Below, piece after piece: positions 27,132 to 31,094 of a stretch of 31,094 nt of DNA. The translations under genes and the position numbers were made by a program. Position 1 is the first letter of the stretch. Each line of letters begins with the position of its first letter. Origin of the DNA: an uncultured bacterium. GTDB taxonomy: Bacteria; Edwardsbacteria; AC1; EtOH8. The notes beneath the pieces were generated by a model that had not been told where the DNA came from, made no database searches, and was given only the letters and a program-made list of their open reading frames with translations. The stretch is from the NCBI GenBank assembly GCA_963780225.1, contig CAWAAX010000008.1, forward strand, positions 1 through 31,094. The letters run 5' to 3'.

Positions 27132-27521
27132 ATGAACAAGAAATGGGTGGTTTTATACTATCAAACAGGTGACGGATATTGCGAGGTGGAAAAATTCATC
27201 GACTCTTTATCCGTCAGGAATCAGACCAAAGTCTTTAATTGGATCTCAGCCTTGGAAGACTACGGACCTTATTTGCCAAGGCCATTTGCCGATCTGGTGG
27301 AAGACGGGATACATGAACTGCGCCTCAAGTTGTCTGGCAACCAGTATCGGATACTATATTTCTTCTGCTATGGCGATTACATCATCCTGTCGCATGCGTT
27401 TCGCAAATTAATTGACAAGGTTCCCATGTCTGAAATACATAAGGCACAAAAGAACCGGTGCGACTATCTCCAACGGCACACTCTAATTTCATTGCAGGAG
27501 CAAGCTCATGAAAACTTTTAG
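27132..27521 (+). CDS. Type II TA toxin, RelE/ParE superfamily (Gp49/HigB-like)
   Basis: WVVLYY...VEKFIDSL...GPYLPRPF...GIHELRL...YRILYFF...LSHAFRK; start at ATG 27132. Confidence 0.88.
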   Translation: MNKKWVVLYYQTGDGYCEVEKFIDSLSVRNQTKVFNWISALEDYGPYLPRPFADLVEDGIHELRLKLSGNQYRILYFFCYGDYIILSHAFRKLIDKVPMSEIHKAQKNRCDYLQRHTLISLQEQAHENF

Positions 27522-27771
27522 AAATCATTTGAACCAGGCCCTAAAGGACAAAGAATTTGCCAGGATCTATGCCCAGGAAAGGGAACTGGTCGTCATTGCC
27601 CTCAAAGTGCATGAGGCCCGTGTACGCGAAGGTGTTTCCCAGGCCCAGCTGGCAAAGCGTGCCAATGTCACCCAGCAGCAGTTGTCCAAGGTCGAGAACG
27701 GCATAAACTGCAACATGACGACCTTTCTGCGGGTCTGCAATGCATTAAAATTAAGGTTCGAATTGGTTTAG
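27508..27771 (+). CDS. XRE-family HTH antitoxin (HigA-like)
   Basis: ARVREGVSQAQLAKRANVTQQQLSKVENG; AGGAG RBS; overlaps the toxin end. Confidence 0.88.
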   Translation: MKTFRNHLNQALKDKEFARIYAQERELVVIALKVHEARVREGVSQAQLAKRANVTQQQLSKVENGINCNMTTFLRVCNALKLRFELV

Positions 27772-27783
27772 CCAGTTACAGTA

Positions 27784-27820
27784 AAAAGCCCTGACGATTT
27801 CTCGTCAGGGCTTTTTACTT
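27784..27820. terminator. Intrinsic terminator, right copy of the direct repeat
   Basis: 35/37 identical to 27003-27039. Confidence 0.85.
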
Positions 27821-27841
27821 TGATATATTTTTTTTAGCACC

Positions 27842-27924
27842 GAACTCAACCCCTTTCATCCCCTTCTCTTACCCCAAGCCAGGCCATAAAGACGCCAAGA
27901 GAAGGGGACCGAGGGGATGAGTTC
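27842..27924. repeat. CCCCTTCTCTT/AAGAGAAGGGG palindromic repeat, copy 2, with expanded loop
   Basis: Matches the reverse complement of 11504-11555 with a 26-nt loop. Confidence 0.75.
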
Positions 27925-28680
27925 TTAAAACGAATCGTAATAAGCCAGTTTCACCGTTCTGCCGATCCTGCCGGCGTCGGTGTCTTGCTGTCCGTTTCTC
28001 AGGACATTCTTAAGGTCGGCCTCCAGCATCAGGCGGCTGCTGAACAGCCAGCGCAGGCCCACGTTCAAATAACCATAGCCCTCGCCGAACTGGTCGTCTT
28101 TGACATTGTCGTTAAAAGCCCCGTCATATTCGGCGATCATCCATAACTCGGGGTTCAGCGATTTCTCCACGCCGACATAAAAGTTAACGTCATTGTCCTC
28201 GCTGTGGCGCTCTTCCAGGCTGTAGCTGGCTCCGCCGTGAAAGGCCAAAGTGCCCAGGAATTTGTAGTTCTTACTGGCTGCGGCATAGAATCCGCGGGAT
28301 TTGATGAAATAGCGGCTTCCGGCCCAGTAGCCGTAGCCCTGGTTGTCAAATCCCAGGGCAATGGCCGGCATGGCGTAGCTCTCGTCGAAGATGCGGTACT
28401 TGACTTGGAATCCCGGCTGGGGGTTCCAATTGATGTTGCCGTAGCCGATGACATTGTCCCCACCGTAAGAAAAACCCAGATTAAGGCGGTCAAAAAGCCC
28501 GAAGCTCAGGCCGAACAGCAGTCCGCCCACCGGCTGCATCCTCAAGTTCACAGAATACTGGGCCCGGTTCAAAGTTCCGGCGGTGGGCATGTCAATCATC
28601 TGCTCGAACTGCAGGGCCAGGCAGGGCAAAGCTGCCAGCAATAGCAGGGAAGATACAAGCAATATCCGCAATGTTTTCAT
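27925..28680 (-). CDS. Putative outer-membrane beta-barrel protein (YjbH-like)
   Basis: Signal peptide MKTLRILL...CLA; DMPTAGTL; alternating aromatic strands; C-terminal Phe; start at ATG 28680. Confidence 0.7.
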   Translation of the reverse strand: MKTLRILLVSSLLLLAALPCLALQFEQMIDMPTAGTLNRAQYSVNLRMQPVGGLLFGLSFGLFDRLNLGFSYGGDNVIGYGNINWNPQPGFQVKYRIFDESYAMPAIALGFDNQGYGYWAGSRYFIKSRGFYAAASKNYKFLGTLAFHGGASYSLEERHSEDNDVNFYVGVEKSLNPELWMIAEYDGAFNDNVKDDQFGEGYGYLNVGLRWLFSSRLMLEADLKNVLRNGQQDTDAGRIGRTVKLAYYDSF

Positions 28681-28793
28681 ATTCCCTCTTATAAATTGTG
28701 TGTATGCTTTAGGACTATACAACATATAGTGATTATATAACAAAAATAGCCGAAAAATCAAGCAAAATCGGCAGAAAAATGGAGAACCTTTGC

Positions 28794-28885
28794 CCACTAA
28801 AAAACACGAAAAGCCACTAAATTATTTAAATATTTTAGTGGCTTAGGTTTGTACGAAATTATAAAATCAGCGTTTATCCGCGTCC
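28794..28885. repeat. CACNAAA-unit arm with a partial inverted partner, plus a CGCNGAT arm
   Basis: ccactaaa aaacacgaaa agccactaaa ... tttagtggc; atcagcgtttatccgcgtcc. Confidence 0.6.
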
Positions 28886-28903
28886 TATGAAAGGTTCCCC
28901 AGC

Positions 28904-31093
28904 TCACTCGCCTTGACCGTTGCGCTGGTAGTTGCCCCTCTTGCGGGGCGGGGCCGGGTTCCATTTGCCGCCCAGTTTAAAATGCGGGCCCTGCAAAAGT
29001 TCTGTCAGTCCGGTGAACAGCTGATGCTCCACTTTCACTTTTATGTTCTTGGGCTTGATCTTCACCGGCAGGCCGTTCTCCCCCTTAACCGAGAATACCA
29101 CCGGGCAGTTCCCGGGGTGTCCATCCAACAATTTGGTCAGGGCCTGGTTGAATTTCTGGTCCAGCTGGTCCTCTTCCAGGGAGATCTCCAAAAACTCCAC
29201 CAGCTTTCCGCTGGCCTGCTCCAGCGGGAACAGGTCGGCCACCACTAATTTGGGGTATTCGTTTTCCTTGGTGGAAACGCTGCCGGCCACCAGCACCAAA
29301 GTGTCCTCTTTTATGAACTCCCGCTTGCTTTCGAACAGGTCGGCAAAGACCACTATTTCGCAGAAGCCGGTCAGATCCTCCAGGCTGACGAAGCCCATGG
29401 GCTTTGAACCTTTAGGGGTGTATATCTTGAAACTGGAGATCAGCCCGCCCACTATCACCTGGTCGTTGTCGTCCAGCTCGGCCAGCTGGCTGATGGTGTG
29501 GGTGGCCAGGCTCTTCAACTCGGCGGTGTGCTTCTCCAAGGGATGCCCCGAAAGATAGAATCCCAGGGATTCCTTCTCGTAGACCAGAAAAGCCTTGCGG
29601 TCTATGGGATGGGGGGCTTTGGCCGGGGCCGCCTGGGTCTTGGCTGCGGCCGGAGGGACTGACGCTCCGGCGTCGAACATCAGGGTCTGGCCCTTCATCT
29701 GATCCTCCCGGGCCTGGGCCGCCCGGATCATCAGGTCGTCCAGCTTTTCCAGCAGGGCGGTGCGGTCGGGGTCCAGGCTGTCGAAACAGCCGGCCTTGAT
29801 CAGGCTCTCCAAAGCCTTGCGGTTGACCAGCCGGGCGTCGGCCTGCTCCAATACCTGTTCTATGGAACCGAAATCGCCGTTGGCCTGGCGGGCCTTGATG
29901 ACCGACTCCACCGCCGAGGAACCCACGTTCTTGACCACTCCCATACCCAGCCGGATGGACTTCTCCTCCGGGCCTGCGCCCGCCGAAGGGCTATGGCCCG
30001 CAGGCGGGGCATAGGCATAGAGGCTCTTATTGATGTCCGGGGGCAGGAGGGCCAGCTTGGACTCGCGGCAGTTGGCCATGAAGGCCATGGTCTTGGCGGT
30101 GTCGCCCATCACGCTGGTCAGCAGGGCGGCCATGTATTCCAAGGGATGGTGGGCCTTGAGATAGGCGGTCTGGTAGGCCAGCACCGCGTAGCCGGCGGCG
30201 TGGGACTTGTTGAAGCCGTAACCGGCGAACTTGGCCAATATATCGAATATCTTCTCGGCCTTTTCCTTTGACATCTTATTGACGGCGTGGCATCCCTTGA
30301 TGAAGGCCGGGCGTTGTTTTTCCAGGTCCTCCTGTTTTTTCTTGCTGATGGCCTTGAGCATCAGGTAGGCCGCCCCCAGGCTGTAGCCGGCCAAGGCCTG
30401 CACCGCTTGCATCACCTGCTCTTGGTAGATCATTACCCCGTAGGTTTCTTTACAGATCGGCTCAAGCAAAGGGTGTTCGTACTCGATCTTTTCCTGGCCG
30501 TTCTTGCGCTTCAGGACATCCTCGATCAGGTCCATGGGTCCGGGCCGGAACAGGGAGATGATGGCGATCAGGTCCTCGATGGAGGCGGTCTTGAACCTGA
30601 CGGTCAGGTCGCGCATCCCCGCCGACTCCAGCTGGAACAGGCCGATGGTGTCGCCCCGCCGCAGCAGTTCAAAGGTCAGGGCGTCGTCGTAGGGGATCTT
30701 TTCGATGTCGATCTTAACGTCCTTGGCGGCCAGCATCTCCAGGGTCTGCTCGATCACGGTCAGGTTGCGGAGGCCCAGAAAATCCATCTTCAGCAGGCCG
30801 CATTTCTCCAGCCAGCCCATGTCGAACTGGGTGGAGATGTCTCCGGTCTTGGGGCTCTTGAACAGGGGCAGGTAGTCGGTCAGCCGGCCGGGGGTGATCA
30901 CCACTCCAGCGGCGTGGGTGGAGGCGTTGCGGATCCGGCCCTCCACCGCCTGGGCCACCTCGATCACCTCCACGAACCGGGGATCGGATTTTATCAGTTT
31001 CACCAGGTCGGGGGTGGTCTTCAGCGACTCGGCTATGGTCTTGCCGAAGGGGATCAGCTTGGCCAGCCGGTCGGCCTCGCTGTAGGCCAGCTT
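28904..31093 (-). CDS. dnaE: DNA polymerase III alpha subunit (5' truncated by the window)
   Basis: HAAGVVI, LLKMDFLGLRNLT, FQLES, RPGP, IYQEQVM, YGFNKSHA, LGFYLSGHPL; frame is open to the window end. Confidence 0.97.
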   Translation of the reverse strand, partial: KLAYSEADRLAKLIPFGKTIAESLKTTPDLVKLIKSDPRFVEVIEVAQAVEGRIRNASTHAAGVVITPGRLTDYLPLFKSPKTGDISTQFDMGWLEKCGLLKMDFLGLRNLTVIEQTLEMLAAKDVKIDIEKIPYDDALTFELLRRGDTIGLFQLESAGMRDLTVRFKTASIEDLIAIISLFRPGPMDLIEDVLKRKNGQEKIEYEHPLLEPICKETYGVMIYQEQVMQAVQALAGYSLGAAYLMLKAISKKKQEDLEKQRPAFIKGCHAVNKMSKEKAEKIFDILAKFAGYGFNKSHAAGYAVLAYQTAYLKAHHPLEYMAALLTSVMGDTAKTMAFMANCRESKLALLPPDINKSLYAYAPPAGHSPSAGAGPEEKSIRLGMGVVKNVGSSAVESVIKARQANGDFGSIEQVLEQADARLVNRKALESLIKAGCFDSLDPDRTALLEKLDDLMIRAAQAREDQMKGQTLMFDAGASVPPAAAKTQAAPAKAPHPIDRKAFLVYEKESLGFYLSGHPLEKHTAELKSLATHTISQLAELDDNDQVIVGGLISSFKIYTPKGSKPMGFVSLEDLTGFCEIVVFADLFESKREFIKEDTLVLVAGSVSTKENEYPKLVVADLFPLEQASGKLVEFLEISLEEDQLDQKFNQALTKLLDGHPGNCPVVFSVKGENGLPVKIKPKNIKVKVEHQLFTGLTELLQGPHFKLGGKWNPAPPRKRGNYQRNGQGE
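29973..30008 (-). mobile_element. 36-bp CAGG-ended palindromic element inserted in frame in dnaE
   Basis: Minus strand cccgcctgcgggccatagcccttcggcgggcgcagg, similar to the insert at 3574-3602; removal restores normal DnaE spacing. Confidence 0.75.
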
Positions 31094-31094
31094 G

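Noticed and set aside
28904..31093. Intein in DnaE
   Set aside because: No large insertion or intein terminal motifs in the visible part; only the 12-aa insert.

Overview
This is core chromosome from a GC-rich diderm bacterium, probably an anaerobe (inference), and probably a metagenome-type assembly. Gene order: GT-C-like fragment, GT2, dxr, M50 protease, acyl-CoA synthetase, 830-aa coiled-coil orphan, xerD, two DOMON-like exported proteins, glutaredoxin, FTR-rubredoxin fusion, then on the minus strand two ferritin-like genes split by a GxxExxY gene, glnS and gltX (frameshifted). These are followed by hisC-cmk-plsC-ispH-rpsA, cdsA, nadB (frameshifted), a duplicated EamA transporter, a RelE/XRE toxin-antitoxin pair, a beta-barrel protein and partial dnaE. 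The unusual signal is in the non-coding DNA. Most intergenic spaces carry short-period repeat arms arranged as imperfect inverted repeats, and one such pair brackets the GxxExxY gene. A family of 29-36 bp palindromic elements ending in CAGG sits inside those arms, with an empty host, a singly filled host and a doubly filled host all present. A fourth copy is inserted in frame in dnaE and adds 12 residues. The TA module is flanked by a duplicated 37-bp terminator. No rRNA, tRNA or CRISPR array was seen.
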